This document shows, piece by piece, positions 12,430 through 23,829 of a stretch of DNA of 64,000 nt. Source of the stretch: Lepidodermella squamata (lineage: Eukaryota; Animalia; Gastrotricha); assembly GCA_047495785.1 (NCBI GenBank), contig JBLDXI010000004.1, forward strand, positions 1,364,001 through 1,428,000, in the 5' to 3' direction. Below the pieces are notes generated by a model, which saw nothing but the letters and a program-made list of their open reading frames with translations, was not told where the DNA came from and made no database searches. Position numbers and translations under genes: made by a program. The first letter of the stretch is position 1, and each line of letters starts with the position of its first letter.

Positions 12430-13231
12430 TCGTTGCTGCAGTGGAGAACAGTTACTTTCGTTGCCAGTTTTTCAGCAAGCAAGGCAAATGCAGCGGCATC
12501 GCGTACGACGAGATTTTCATTACCCATCATTTCTTTGCGAACTGCTGATTTTACACAGCCTCCAACGCCGTCCGCGGCACTCTTCCCATGGTAAGAGGCG
12601 AAAAAATGCCACTGAAGGCTTTCCAAGAAGAGCTCTCGCACAAGTATACTCAAGCTCCCCAGGAAAAACCGCTGCTTGAAGTGGGTCTTCGCTCCTTCAC
12701 TGAAACCGTCGAACTTGCGTCGAGCCGGATAGCGGAGCTTCAAGTGCGACAACACTTTGAGTAGGAAGCAATAGGCAGCATTCGAATCGTGAAGCATTCG
12801 ATCGCTCGCCACAACGTAAGACGCGATTTCAGACCCAACCCAGGCGACGAACGTAAACAAAGTAACCTGTTGGTGGTTCCAGTGAGCTGACTGGACCTCA
12901 GACTAAAAAAATGAATTGGGCAAAGGTACTGACTACTGACATATATAGTTTAACATTTAATACCTGTTGCTGAAGTGCGAAATTTTCGGCGAAGTCTATC
13001 TGAAAAACGCATGCAGATTCATTAGAATCAGCGATCAATTGGTTAAATGTGGCCTGCTGGTGGGCCTTGACCCAGCAATGAGTCGTAAACGGCGTACATT
13101 GCCCGTTTATTTTTTCAAACAGGCACTCCAAGGTCAAAGTTTTTCCAACTTTCTCAGTAGCCTATAAAACCGAAAGATCAATTGATCATCACTAAGTCAA
13201 TGTTATAACTAACCTTTGTTGAATACGGTAT
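12430..13231 (-). mobile_element. Sola-like transposase fragment, copy 2
   Basis: ORFs 12898-13137 and 12342-12860 separated by a short GT-AG intron; same motifs as copy 1, frame intact at DFAENF. Confidence 0.65.
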
Positions 13232-13309
13232 CTCAGTTTATTTTAAATTTTACTTCTTCATTCAACACTCTTCTCACAACGATTTGTCACATCAAAACGC
13301 TCGACAGTC

Positions 13310-15801
13310 TCATACATATCTCTCGCATAGCTCGTAAGTAATTAAATCGCAAGAGCCGGCTGTCTGGAACTTGTAAGAGCCGCCGTAGACATTTATGAAA
13401 ACGCAACCATCGTTTATCGGAAAGGACCATTGCGAAGCGACGAAATTGAAATCCGAGCCATCGTCCCATTTCATGATGTTGTTGGTCACGGTGAGGGCGA
13501 TCCAGGCGGTCGCATCCGTTACATTTCCAGCAGCTTGCAGTTCGGCCTCAGACCTTACCGTCGCCAGGGCGCCATCGTTTGCGGCGCATCTCTGTGCGGC
13601 TCCGGCCCAGTTGGTTCCTGATTCGACTAGGAAGAACTTCTTGGTCACAGCCAGGCAGGTGTTCTCGTCCGGATATGTGACATTAGCTGGTAGACGAAGC
13701 TGGGTTGCCGCATCGCAGCCTGGCGACTCCATTACGCATCGAACCGAGTTATCGCTCTTCGCCACGCAGCGGTGATACTTGGAACCCTGCAATTTTTACA
13801 TGAAATTAGTCACTTCTAGGCAAGCCCTTTCAGGGTAGGGTAAGGGGTATGGGACATCTGAGGGACTGAAAATTCGACAGGATTAAAACAGCCTTAAACA
13901 GAGAAAATCTATACGAAGCCAATGCATAATGACAGCTCTGATTTTTAAAAGTTCTCAAATCGGTAAAGGGATATCGTGAATTCATCACCAAATTATTCCT
14001 ATCACTTCCCGCAATATTAAGAGCCTAACCCTAATCCTAACCCTAATCCTAATTCTAACCCTAATCCTAACCCTAACCCTAACCCTAACCAGTTGAAAAC
14101 CAAATAAATTTGTTAGGTATTGAATTACATGAAATTTGGTACCGCCGTAAGATTTTCCCATCGGTAAAATTCAGATAGAGATTCAGAATCAAAATAGTCT
14201 AAAAATTGTGTCACTTCAACAAAGTGGAGATTGAACTATCTCTCGGCAAAGCGATGATACAGATTCCCACGCTATTATACTAGCCCATTTTATGTTCAAG
14301 TTTCAGCCCCCTGACTCTTACAAGCCGGGGTTGGAATTTACGGCGATGCGGTAAGTATTAGAAAATGTGCAGACCTGAGACATCTGAGCTTGTAAGCAGT
14401 CAGCATAGTTGCCGGAAAAGTCTGACTTCGCCCGGAAAATTGTTACCTGAAAAGCATTAGTTTTCAAAAACACTACTTATAAGATAGACCTGTCAATTCA
14501 TCCCGAAAAATAATAATTCGGCACAATAATGGAATTTACTATCCAAGCTATTGATAGAACCAGTTTTGATTAAATCAGGTTTAGCTTACCACTGTCATAG
14601 GCGACGGGCACGTGTTTCGGCAAACCATTCCATCAGACGTCGAGCATAAGGCTGCTGGCTGGAATATTTCATAAACTACTTTTCCAAGAAAACAATTATT
14701 GCAAAATAAACAAACGCCTGCAATGCAGTGATATCTGTCGATGTAAGTTCCGCTACTGTAGGTCTAAAGATGGAAAGGACCAATTAATAAAAACGTGTTT
14801 CCGAACTTTACAAGCAGCGTAACCCGAGTCATCGAGGCTGCATCGCAAGGCGTCGATTGGCAGCCAGCGAAAGACCGATTGCTTTGCAGAAAGCATCGGT
14901 TGAAGGGCACGAAATCAGCATTATTACGGACAACTATAAACAGAAATAACTTCGCTCAGGAACCTTAACGGCTAAAATGGATTCTGAAGTGATTTATTCT
15001 CATTCGATAAATGAGCTATTAGTGTTAAGTATGAAACCAACTTTTCTCCTGTGCCATGCACAGTTGCATCGTCGCATGACTGCCAACCGGGGTCTGCAAT
15101 GAAAAAATCGAGAGCAGCGAATGGTTCAAGGATTTACTTTTATTGCGAAACTCACCCCGCTATTCGGGCACGAGCCGTTGATCGGAATGCACGTCCGTTG
15201 GCCGTTTTGGTCACAGACTGTTGCCTGAATACTCTGATTCAAAGAAAACAAGACAATAGAATGGTCAGCATTAGATAACGCTCGAATCGAACCAAGAAAT
15301 TTTTGATCGTTGATCGGCACAGATCGTACTGCGATCCGAAAACGTCTCCGAGAAATTCGGCCGTCTAGGTTGTGGGAATAAGACTAGGCGTAAGAATCGC
15401 ATGTGACATCAACAGACAAACCATAACTTCGTCATTTTTATCACAGCCAAGATTACGAGGGATACATCGCATGTTGATCGTTTTGAAGTTGAAGCAACTT
15501 CTAGCCGCCTGAAAATCAAATTAAAATGCGAAATAAGTTGAAAAATAATGAAAAACTCACGCCTGATTTGCAACTTAACAACGAGTTCAACTTGAGCCCA
15601 AGCTTTATTGAAAACAGTAAAAATTAGAGCAGAAAATCTAACTTTTGAAAAAGGGCTTGCCTGAACATCATCGAGGAACGTACAGTTCTCTTTACAACCT
15701 GCAAAGGCGTCATTTAAACGGGAGAAACATCGCTTGTACTCTTGTGTACTCGCTAATGCTGCCAGGCTCAGGAAGAGAAAGATTCGAATGATATCAGTCA
15801 T
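13310..15801 (-). CDS. Gene D: signal peptide, two 12-Cys triplets and a C-type lectin domain (11 exons; first intron GC-AG)
   Basis: MTDIIRIFLFLSLAALASTQEYKRCFSRLNDAFAGCKENCTFLDDVQ|LGLKLNSLLSCKSG|AARSCFNFKTINMRCIPRNLGC..|..QYDLCRS..|..VCDQNGQRTCIPINGSCPNSG|..QLCMAQEK|..NRCFLQSNRSFAGC..|..YIDRYHCIAG|PAALC..|..NYADCLQ..|GSKYHRCV.. CTLD (WAGAAQRC, LATVRS, AWIAL, WDDGS, GCV, C..ELCE). Confidence 0.85.
13968..14159. mobile_element. MULE-type MITE carrying telomere-like (CCCTAA/CCTAAT)n, in the last intron of gene D
   Basis: Perfect 9-bp TSD atcggtaaa (13959-13967, 14160-14168); termini gggata..attttccc; relatives at 31518-35583 (split) and 51485-51711. Confidence 0.8.
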
Positions 15802-16188
15802 TCTAAATTTTGTTCGAAAAATTAAGGAAATAAATAAAATGAAATAAAAATGGCACCTATTTTTGGAGAGGATCGAGCACGTGCTGTTTTCTCTCTTAGA
15901 AAACAATTCAAGGAAGACGCGTCTGTTATTTTAAATTTAATAACGCAATCAGGACGTGTGCCTAGCCAAGACCGTGGAAGACCACAATCGGTGATCCATA
16001 AACTATCGATAAACAAGCATCAAATTGGAGTTGTTTTTTCTCTAAGCGAGAGTAGCCAGTAAATCCTTCACTTTCTCCTAGTTTTTCGATTTGTTCTCTT
16101 TCGCTTCTGATTTTTTTATCAGAACAATTTTTTTATCAGGACAGACATTGGAAGATTCATTTGCATTTGCATTGGATGACGCGTTCAA

Positions 16189-16649
16189 CACTTTAACTGC
16201 CAAAAATAGACTGCGAGATCCGATATATGGATCCAAATCCTGGCTCTGTCAAAAGACCTTTTTTCGGAACAGCGATGCGTCGTAGGGCTAAATGTAGGCC
16301 ATGACTCGGCGGTTCTGTTGACACTGAATTCGGAGCCACAAGGTCTGAGCAGGTCTTTGAAAATAACCGTGAAATAATGTCGAAATTTTGGATTAGAGCC
16401 AAAACCAGACCCAAAAATTGGACCTAATTATTAGACGCAGAATAGTCGGCACAACAATCGAAATTTCACTGCTGATTTCTATGCGTTCCTTGAAGTCTTT
16501 GTCTCCAAATTTTGTGTCAAAAGAACCGCCGGGTCATGGCCTACATTTTGCCCTACGACGCATCGTTGACCCGAAAAAAGAACTTGTGACAGACCCAGGA
16601 TTTGGATCCAAATATCGGATGGCGCAGTGTATTTTTGGCAGTTAAAGTG
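16189..16649. mobile_element. piggyBac-like MITE
   Basis: Long imperfect TIR cactttaactgccaaaaata.. / ..tatttttggcagttaaagtg flanked by tcaa / ttaa. Confidence 0.75.
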
Positions 16650-17039
16650 TTAAGCAGGCCTAGTCAACCCTGGATAATTTAGCGATAGTAGCCAAATGTT
16701 TGAATTTTCAAAACGCTAGCAGTTGAGCAGTCGCTAAAAACAGAGTGATAAGTGATCATTACAGAACATTTCACTGAGAGATTAGAACGCTTATGCCGAA
16801 TTTCGCCAAATAACGATCCAAGTTGCCTACCTTTTGATATTTTTCGAATTTCGAGCCTTTCCAACAATCGCCTTGGATTGGCCAATCACGCAATCCGAAA
16901 AACGGGGCGACTAACAAAGTGTTTTCATCATTCGGTAGAGCTCGAAAACGTCGTAGCTAAACAAATGAAGCTCGTATCAGTTTTTTTACTTCAACTTGCA
17001 ACACTCACAATAAAGTTTCGGAACAAAAATCTCCGTCTC

Positions 17040-17450
17040 GCATAAAACCAGAGCCACCATAATCCAGCACAACTTGCTGAATCGAAGACGTAAGAGCCGG
17101 AGGCACGTAAACAACTGCGAGTCGACGTAATTGCTGAGATCCAAGCCATCGTCCCATTTCATGACGTGGTTCTTCGCAGCAATCCAGGAAGTCGGAACCG
17201 TTGAATCTCCACCAGCCTGCAGCTCAGCATCCGACGTTAACGTCGCCAGGGTGCAGTTGTTTTCGACGCATTTCTGTGAGGCTCCATACGGCTCGATACC
17301 AGTCGATTGGCTATGGTTTGAGAATGGGCTTGAAAGAACTTTTTTATCACAGCCAGGCAGGTGTTTTCGTCTGAACATGTGACGTTAGCTGGAAGTCGAA
17401 GCTGGGTTTCTGAAAGAACCGAGTTGTCACTCTTCGCTATACACCAGCTG
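17040..17450 (-). pseudogene. Decayed copy of the gene D-type last exon (module C plus C-type lectin)
   Basis: KSDNSV, TQLRLPANVT, DENTCLAV.KKFF, KCVENNCTLATLTSDAELQAGG, WIAA..MKWDDG with deletions and frameshifts. Confidence 0.8.
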
Positions 17451-18155
17451 TGACTATGTTGCCAGTTGCCAGCCGATGTCTTCCCCTTAGTTTTAGAAAC
17501 ATTGCAAAATACAATCGTAGCATCGAAATTTACGAATTTTGGCTGAAAACTTAAGTCAAACTGCCGATTGCTGTCAATTCAATTCATTAATAAAATTGTT
17601 ATAAAAATTAACATCGAAAGTGAATCGAATTTGGGCCGAAAGAATTTCAAAATCTCTCTTCCACGTTCAAAATTTGATTCTTCACGGCTATTGTGCGAAT
17701 AATATCGGCGATAATGTCCAATTTTTATTGCATCGATACGACGTTAATTGACATTCGTTTGTCGCATCAATGGCAATAAACATCACTGTAGAGTAACGCG
17801 ACAAATTGCTTTCACATGTGAAGCAATGAATGAGAGAAAGCCGCGAGGCGTGGTCGGCTAACAGCACTGATGGTATCATCGCCTCGCGCATTTAAAAGGT
17901 GCGCGCACCTCTATTGTATAGCATATGCGAATACGCGCGCGCGCACAATGACAAAAGATGCGACGCGCCTCGACTTTAATACTACCACTACTACAACTAC
18001 AACACGCTCATTTGTCCAGTTGCGGCCGAGCGTGATAAGCAATAGACATGCCTAGGTGGTAACTTGCTTTATTTACCCACCTAGACGCGTATAACACTCG
18101 GAAAAATACCGAAAAATGAGTAATATCGGAATATTTTTTGGAAATTTCTAGAATA

Positions 18156-20705
18156 ATGGGTAAAATACCCAGCTTAATTTTTTTCAGATCATTATTATGG
18201 TTTCTCTCCATTAATCATCAGTGTACGTTTTTTTCATTATCCTATTATTTTTACGAAGATTACATAATTTTTATTGTAGGCGTTTCTGCATCGAAAATGG
18301 AGGCGCATTTGATTCGTGAATTGTTTAAAGACTACAACAAAATGGAACGGCCGGCCGCTGATGAACGCGATTCGGTCAATGTTATTTTCATTGTTTACCT
18401 GCGCCAGGTTATCGATGTCGTATGTTTCAAATTTTATCGAAAAGTCATTTATTTATTGAATTATTCAAGGATGAAAAACTGCAAAAAATTCAGACAACAC
18501 TCTGGCTGAGTTTGGTAAAAAAAAATTGAATTTACAACTCGAACCCTGTTTTTACGTGTTTTTTCAGAATTGGTTCGATTACAGGCTACAATGGGATCCG
18601 TGGCAACATAATAATATCACGCGGCTTCTGAGTGAGAAAATTAATTTGCATATTGTTCATAATTTTATTTAAATTTTCAGTACCTCACGATAAAATTTGG
18701 AGTCCGGATATTTTGCTGTGAGTTGTTACTTCTATCCTTCTGAATTTGTTATAATTTTCCAAATTTTTGTTAAAGGCATAATTCGGCGGTGGATAATTTC
18801 GACCCGACGAATAAAGTTCACGCTGAAGTTTTCTACAACGGCGAAATTGCTTGGATGCCACCTGGAATTTTCGCATCTACCTGGTAAGCCAAGTTCGATA
18901 TTGAGAAAATTCAATTTTCAAGAATTTTTATTGAATTTAGTTTTTTTTAAATTATATATCATTGCTTCAATAAGTTCAAAATTGTACTAGGGAAATTTCA
19001 GGTACTTTAAAAATATTCTGAAAAAATTCCAAGTTAAAAGTGTGCGAAAATTTTAAAATTTTAAAAATTATTTAGGAATTTCGTGAATTTTTTATATTTC
19101 TTTTCGTATTATTTTCTAGCCGAATTCAAATCAAGGTAAGAAACTTTCGAAAACTCGTTGGATCTCTCCAATTTTCGACTCACTCCTGCCCTAGTATTTT
19201 CCGTTCGATACGCAACGCTGTGATCTAAAGTTCAGCTCATGGACCTACGCCCTATCCGGCGTCAATTTGACCCTGCCGTTCTACGAGGCTGATCTCAAAT
19301 CGTACGTTCGCAACGGCGAGTGGGACCTGTTAGGAGCGCCAGCCATGCGTAACGTCGTGCCTTACGAGGGCGAATCTTACGTCGACGCAACGTTCGTCAT
19401 CATCCTCAGCCGGCGGCCGCTTTTCTACATTTTCAACCTCGTTGTACCGACAGTTTTGGTGAGAGAAATTTAAAAAAAATAATCCTGATTTAATTTGAAT
19501 ATTTTTTCGAAATTTCCAGATCTCAATTATAGCGCTATTGACATTCACTTTACCGGCTGAATCAGGCGAAAAAATCGGACTATGTGAGTGTTAAGTAATT
19601 AAAAAAATTCCAATTTCAATCTATTCATATTCAAAATTTCAAAATTTTTCGAAATTTTTAGATTTGTTTGGATTATTTCAAAATTTCAATTTTATTCAAT
19701 TCAATTTTAGCCAAATAATTTCCATCTTTCTAATAAATTGGAAAATAAAGATGTAATTTTTACAAGGTTTTTATGTCGGGTTTTTTCTTTCTAGGCGTTA
19801 CTGCTCTACTTTCGATTTTTGTGTTCCTCAACTTGGTCATGAATTTGCTGCCCGCCGGTGAGCACGTCCCACTTCTCGGCCTCTATTTCGGCGGCACAGT
19901 CACCCTGTTGTCAATGTCCGTCGCCAGCACTATAATGGTGCTAAATATTCACTACCGCACGCCGAAAACACGCAAATTACCGCAATGGGTACGTGCGGAA
20001 TAAAATTAGACAATGAATTTTCATTTTTCATTTCATTTCTGTAGGTTAAAATATGGATCAACAAGAGATTGGCATGGCTTGTCCGAATGAAGAGACCGGT
20101 AATTCTTCAAAATCTTCAACTTTTTAATTTTTTTTTCCAAAATTCTGAAATCAGTTAAATCATAAAATGGTGATCTTTATTTGTTTAGTTTTATTTTCAA
20201 ATTTAAAATTTTCCAAATAATTAATTTTTATTTTTTTTAAATCAATTATTAATTTTCAAATAATTTTTTTATCAGAGATTTTCCGATAACTTTTCAAGAA
20301 TAATTGAAATTTGTGGATAATGTGGAATCATTATAGAAAAATGAGGCGAACGAAGAAGAGCAACGGCGATCGACACTGGTTGTTCACAGTGAATTATCGC
20401 CTCAACCGCCTGATCTGGACATGGGTGTTTTCGAATGCACGTCGCCATACGACGATTGCGATGACTTCATCGACCGTGGCATGACGCTGACGGACGAAGT
20501 GCACTGGCGCATGCGTCAAGTGGTGCGTGAAATGCGAACGATCACCAAGAAATCAGAGCGCGACAACGAGGAGGCTGAGGTGAGTGAGGAGTGGAAATTC
20601 GCCTCCAGCGTCATCGACCGCGTCTGTTTCATTGTGTTCACTTCGATGACGATTATCATGACCCTGGTCATCATGTTCTGCGCACCCGACCCAATGGACC
20701 AATAA
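18156..20705 (+). CDS. Nicotinic acetylcholine receptor-like Cys-loop channel subunit, alpha7/ACR-16-group-like but non-alpha (no vicinal Cys)
   Basis: Signal peptide; LFKDYNKMERP; DV|DEKLQKIQTTLWL; WFDYRLQWDP; IWSPDILL; WMPPGIF; Cys loop C-RIQIKYFPFDTQR-C; FSSWTY; NGEWDL; RRPLFYIFNLVVP; PAESGEKIGL; VLNIHYR; EWKFASSVIDR TM4. Confidence 0.92.
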
Positions 20706-20826
20706 TTATCATTACATTATGTGTGAGTAAATAAAAAAATGAATTCACTTAAAGTCAACATTTTATTTCACTTCAATACACTCCTCGCAAGTAATATGTG
20801 TTGACCTACAACAGCTATGAGTGAGC

Positions 20827-23800
20827 TCACGAAAACGTCTCGCATAAGACGCGGTCAGCCAAACTATTGCAAGCAACTGTCATGTAGTAAAGATTCGCGC
20901 CGTTACGAATAACAACACACCCATCGGATGTAATAGGCGTAACCCACTGCGAATCGATGTAGTTGAAATTGGAGCCATCGTCCCATTTGAATACTTGGTT
21001 ATTTTGATGGGTGAGGGGAATCCACGCTTTCGAATATCCAATTGCACCGAAAATCAATGCTACCACGGCATCGCTCCGTTCAGAGTCTGATCTGATCCTG
21101 GCGAAGCTAGCATTTCGGGCGGCGCATTTCGACGGGGCTTCGGCAACACCAAAATTAACAGCTCCGACGACTACCAAAAAATTCTTCTTCACATTCTTAC
21201 ACGTGTTCTCATCGTTATAAGTGACATTAGCCGGTTCTCGAACTTGAGAGACCGCATTGCAGCCAACCGTTTCCGCCACACATTGAACTGCCCCGTTGCT
21301 CGTGTCGACGCAGCGGAAAATTTTCGGCTATAAAAATCAATTATACGGTTAACATATAAAAGTTGGGTCCAGTAAAATTTCTGACGTTGTGAGATTTTGA
21401 TGCAACTTTCAAGATAAATTAACGTGGAGTCGAAGAAAAGCAAAAAAAAGAAATTTCGGAACATTTGAATTCGAGTGTGGGATTGCGACAAAATTAAAGA
21501 ATAAAATTAAAAACATTAAAAACAAGTGGCATGTGAAATTTAAATTTCGAAATGTTGAGAGCCAACTCACCAGAGGTGTTATATCTCTGATACAGCTGTT
21601 ATGGTTCAGTCGGAAGTTCTGCAAGCCTGAGAACAATTTAACCTGCAAGGAAAAGCAGTTTTTACCGGCAAATTGTGTTGAACCAACTTTACCTGTGAAA
21701 GGTCTCGTGGGCAAGCGGCGTAGCAAGATAGCCGTTTGGTTGAATCCTCGCATGAAACGGCATTCTGTTGAAATTGAGACATTTTCTTGTTAGATTGCTA
21801 ATACCAAAACTCACGCCAAGCAAGCACGTCTCGCGATTGATGAACACTCCGGTCGAGTACTGCTGGGTTTCATTGCTAGCGAAGCAGCCAGGGATTTGCG
21901 GTCGACAGTCGTTGAACTTTTTGGTCGTAGAATCAAAGCACCGAATGTGCGGCTTTTCACTGATCGGAGCTGAGACTGAAATGACAAACGCAAAATTAAT
22001 TGTCGGCCCAGGTTTCTAGAAAGTCAAATCATTCACTGGGGAAATTATTCTAAATTCTATTTCTAGTTTTCAAATAACGAGACTTTCGAACCTGTTCCAT
22101 TGGTGCATAACGCGAGGGTTGGATACAGAGTTGATCCCGTGGCCTAGACCACAGAAAGGAGAATCAGCGTCACACAGTAACACATCAACCGTTTCAAATT
22201 GCTCACCCAGTTGTTGGGGCAGGAGTACGGGTCTGGGACACAGGTCATGATGACGTTGTTTGAGGTGCATCGCTTGAATTTCAAAGTCTGAAATGGCAAT
22301 GCAGTTGAACTTCAATGGTGCCATCAGTTTCTTGAAATCTCACCGCGAATTCAGCTTTCTTTTTCTCGCATTCGTTGAGGTTGTACTTTAAACTTAAAGT
22401 TGGCTTCTGATCGTCGAACCAGAACGTCTAAAATTTTAAGCGGATTTTTTGATGGTATAGCGATATCATAGTAGATAATACTTCAAAAAAAAATAAGGCC
22501 AAGGATCCGTACACCGACGCGTTTCGGCTTTTATTGCCATCTTCAGGGTCTAACAAAGAAATTTACAACATCAATTAAGCTAATTTCAGATGTGAACAAT
22601 CAGTACGGCCTCTCACCTCATTTTTGTTGCCAGTTGGTGAAGATTATATAAACTGCGGAAATTAGTTCAGCTTTACATCTTAAATGTTACTAGAAACACA
22701 ACAAGTTAAGTTAGGATATTATAGTCAAGTAATATAAAATTATAAACTATTTTTGCGATTATTTACGTATGCACATTTTGTTGATAGTGGGATCCAAAGC
22801 CTGTATGTACAGCTTTTCAGTACGTAAAAGACTGAAAGGTTTTTGGCACTGGTGGAGGATAGAGGCGTGGAATGGAGGATCTTTTTTCACACATGTTACG
22901 AAGTGCTCACCAGGCGTGCCAGGTTTTATCGAGTTGACTGAGTAAATATGCTGAGTGGTACGTGTAGCAGCAGGTTTGCTAGTGCAACCAACATATTTTT
23001 CACCACAAGTTCTACATTCCAATTGATAAATTACATTTTGTTTCGTACAGTTAGAACGAAGGTCTTTTGATAGGCCACACAAGCAACCCCAACATTTATA
23101 AGAAGTATGTACATAATCTGTGAAGCGGGTGGGTATCATGACTTTCAAGGCGGTAGATTTCCAGCAAATCTGGATATCTCTTTGATAAAAGGCCTGAAAT
23201 TTAAATTGGCTGAAATTAGCTTAATTGATGTTGTAAATTTCTTTGTTAGACCCTGAAGATGGCAATAAAAGCCGAAACGCGTCGGTGTACGGATCCTTGG
23301 CCTTATTTTTTGAAGTAACGTCTAAAATATCGATTTTATAAAATAAAAACAAGATTTCGATGACCAATTTCAATCATTTTTTAGAATTTTTTAAATAATT
23401 GAATGAGGCTCACATTCATATCACCGGGGTTGTTACAGCCGATATTTCCAGGCACGCAGAACGGGGTCAGAGCGGCGTATTTGTAGCACATTCGGGCATT
23501 CTGTAGACAAAACAGAACAAATTTGAATTTTTATAGCAGAAGAAATAACGGACCCCAGTGTTGCAGACGCCGGTTGTTCGGAAAATGGAGCCCAACTTCA
23601 ATAGACAAATAGACAAACACGTCAATTCTCGGAAGAAATTAAAATGGGGAATTGAGGAATTAACCTGATATTCGGTGAGTGGATCACAGGCATTGGCAGC
23701 TAGTTTGCAGCTGGTGAATTGGTTGCTGAACTGCGAGAAGCACCGAACCCAGTTCACTTCTGTACCCGAAACGTCGTCGCCTGACGCCAACAAAAGGGTT

Positions 23801-23829
23801 AGCAGTAGGGCGTAGCAATACGAAACCAT
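20827..23829 (-). CDS. Gene E: close paralog of gene C (two 12-Cys triplets plus C-type lectin), with a Penelope-like insertion at the intron 3 / exon 4 boundary
   Basis: Exon-for-exon match to gene C: WVRCFSQFSNQFTSC..|LGSIFRTTGVCNTG|NARMCYKYAALTPFCVPGNIGC..|TFWFDDQ..|..|PKIFRCV.. CTLD (KCAARNASFARI, AWIPL, WDDGS, GCVVI, AC..VLCE). Confidence 0.82.
22509..22554 (-). ncRNA. Minimal type I hammerhead ribozyme in the PLE pseudo-LTR (sense to the element and to gene E)
   Basis: Reverse complement reads ACC-CUGAAGA-U-GGC aauaaaa GCC-GAAAC GC GUC^GGU: full core, 3-bp stem II, palindromic ACGCGU stem III, stem I acc/ggu. Confidence 0.85.
23245..23290 (+). ncRNA. Second, inverted copy of the hammerhead ribozyme
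   Basis: gttagacc ctgaaga t ggc aataaaa gcc gaaac gc gtc ggtgtac; predicted cut after 23283. Confidence 0.85.

Larger units (their letters stand above)
22435..23316 (-). mobile_element. 5'-truncated Penelope-like retroelement (GIY-YIG endonuclease end) with inverted ~110-bp pseudo-LTRs and a 12-bp TSD
   Basis: ORF 22759-23148: NCTKQNVIYQLECRTCGEKYVG..R..QH..EH..E..YI..P.IN; inverted repeats 22479-22589 / 23210-23317; direct repeat aacgtctaaaat at 22423-22434 and 23317-23328. Confidence 0.88.

Noticed and set aside
14025-14090. Telomere or chromosome-fusion site
   Set aside because: Short, degenerate and enclosed in a MITE with a TSD
14951-14971. Possible 21-nt micro-exon in gene D
   Set aside because: Would leave a 17-nt intron; the 14934-15041 intron keeps the frame without it
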